64,000 nucleotides of DNA, taken from NCBI GenBank assembly GCA_004022145.1, contig RCNU01000018.1, one strand, 5' to 3'. Positions 63,401 through 64,000 of this stretch are shown here, one piece after another. Both the position numbers and the translations under genes were made by a program. Within the stretch, counting starts at the first letter, position 1. Each line of letters opens with the position of its first letter. The stretch is from Paecilomyces variotii (Eukaryota). A model generated the notes under the pieces. It made no database searches. It saw only the letters and a list, made by a program, of their open reading frames with translations, and had not been told where the DNA came from.

Positions 63401-63791
63401 TCTTGTTATCAAAGCCCTGAGGATTCCAAGCTGTCCAAACCAAGGAGAAAGAGAGATTACGCCTTTCGTCATTCGGGTGTTTCAGTTGAAATGATAAGTG
63501 AAAATGAGGAATCTCGGTCCCGCCGCGGATTGAGAATCTCAAAGTAGCATCCGGGGTAGAAGGAATGAGTAGCCTTCCAGAAAGGTCTGGACCCCCGTAA
63601 GTGATCCCACAGACCATCTCTTCACTGAAAGCTTGGAAGCCGTGGAGGGTGGGTCTTCCACCTCGATGTTGTTGAAGACGTTTCCTGTTTTTCGTGAAGA
63701 GATCTGGAGGAACATTCCATTGCATGTTGTACCAGTTTAGGTTATGTCTGAGTTCTTGGGAAAAATCGATCACCGCAGGTGGTTTGTCCAT
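60432..63791 (-). CDS. Upf1/DNA2-Nam7-like superfamily 1 helicase (AAA_11/AAA_12), intronless, 1119 aa, unrecognised N-terminal ~500 aa
   Basis: Q-motif WNPQQVDAI, Walker A GPPGTGKT, CGSN, ILCTAST, VEEASQ (II), GDIAQLPPT (III), QYRMHP (IV), SVDASQGDE (V), VALSRAR (VI). Confidence 0.88.
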   Translation of the reverse strand: MDKPPAVIDFSQELRHNLNWYNMQWNVPPDLFTKNRKRLQQHRGGRPTLHGFQAFSEEMVCGITYGGPDLSGRLLIPSTPDATLRFSIRGGTEIPHFHLSFQLKHPNDERRNLSFSLVWTAWNPQGFDNKRNPATKESPNPSISFSSRLTSVTFESVQHIAQSAQACQAQINGDCHQIRWFHYAPPICYGFDVPETALSGFHESQIGALNRLRDLTRSERSVHVRTRGRAGLYDNWRLMSAMPQRTPPPYPLYDCTYEVHTGEFGVIRDIPTLADNNIQLHHRRRQIGWPNQPPKFDTPQQILSFTPQAPLTFINEREYEAIKTIGLLREANCQQRNYVKTFNRYYEFDLWPVSLVHGTQTPAIDEYFYGVLGVNVTSDSADDEQVLPLPEPGTPVVIAEGRRASQLQKPSLSNVQVSDKNRWTGVVVASPKVPDDIKLPANMICIRIRQPQRLESAGRILKLAGWATFGNPNPVYKQIRTAIRYAMYGNRDYNIPRDNKLKRLLLGHDNKVIKLYPREGHLDQSADAVLHEITRKWNPQQVDAIRSALTIGDSYRSFMTLITGPPGTGKTTVSEGIARYCYQKGHPLLIVCGSNFGLDVIARRITLRFPNSQPPLETSRIYRLGTDFHETSEMQMAPGALNQSSLGSAEFDAAHMELLQLGIQPELLKVIKQSVQDMVSASSDFSLGSRIISRMERAAQLGSNWPQTTNEERDEMTLIWNYFTWQKCLLREGIAFAEPVSASGEADPIRAGAGTDRSEEDVQPLHASFVQQLRRAWTDLQEFYLGHAKIILCTASTASRKSLRGFRPEFVLVEEASQMPESTCLNAISRYISNLKKVILSGDIAQLPPTVTSLHMNEAYSSEKVSLFQRMLQSGVPDVQLAVQYRMHPHIADFVSAEYYEQKLVNNPSYKQGKLSDTFSNYMVQRYHCYAGASFFVSVENSTVFRRRNGTSLFNPEYVSFIGEWVAWFCGLGCPQQYILILSFYSDERRILADLMRKLGFKDVKISSVDASQGDESEIVILSTTRPGGRYGLGFVQDRQRQCVALSRARNGLIVVGDERMHETGKPGAGQGFLAWRNVVDYHRQSGRLIKVMGSSTLVEQNLGVPNDDYDHAISRVPT

Positions 63792-64000
63792 TATGTTGAT
63801 GTGGAAGTGGGGAGTTCACGGTCCATAAGATAGGAGAGGGGAGGAATGGGAAGAGAGAGGGAGGGGTCGAGCAAAGGTTTTAAAGCAACGGCTTTGGATA
63901 ATGAAGCGAGGAAGAAGGGAACAAGAGAAAGTGAAGTATTGGAAGGGGAAAGAGATGGCAATTCCCTACAGTTGGGATTTCAGGGAATCAGAGGTAAGTG

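Noticed and set aside
1-64000. tRNA/rRNA genes
   Set aside because: No cloverleaf with T-loop/D-loop consensus or rRNA-like segment noticed by eye; a tRNAscan-SE/Infernal run is needed to exclude them

Overview
Eukaryotic (filamentous ascomycete, Eurotiales/Aspergillus-like) genomic DNA with intron-containing genes. The backbone is a conserved housekeeping block: 3' part of nitrite reductase niiA, nitrate transporter crnA, a secreted Egh16/GAS1-like gene, a SIKE-like coiled-coil gene (probable STRIPAK sipB), Fta4, a HAD hydrolase, rpl5, Mhp1/Gip3-like LRR protein, peroxisomal ABC transporter, glycogen phosphorylase, group III G-alpha, HOG MAPK sakA, Avl9, cullin-1, a cupin, Srf1, a mitochondrial K+/H+ exchange-related gene and End3/SagA. 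From memory this order matches the A. nidulans niiA-crnA...ganB-sakA...culA...sagA region (not verified here). Several accessory-looking insertions sit between these genes: a 428-bp Fot1/pogo-type MITE among NirA sites upstream of crnA, an intronless APH/kinase-like gene, an intronless Upf1-like SF1 helicase, and two inverted copies of a 4-exon gene for a ~277-aa putative PD-(D/E)XK nuclease. One copy is intact; the other carries two stops and C>T-biased changes resembling RIP. The copies share a 3' non-coding block that looks more conserved than their coding sequence and ends abruptly at the same point. The intact copy has a long leader built from three different tandem arrays, one with hairpin-forming 78-bp units. 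This is the best candidate for an undescribed selfish or mobile nuclease element. All family calls come from motif recognition by eye; no searches were run.
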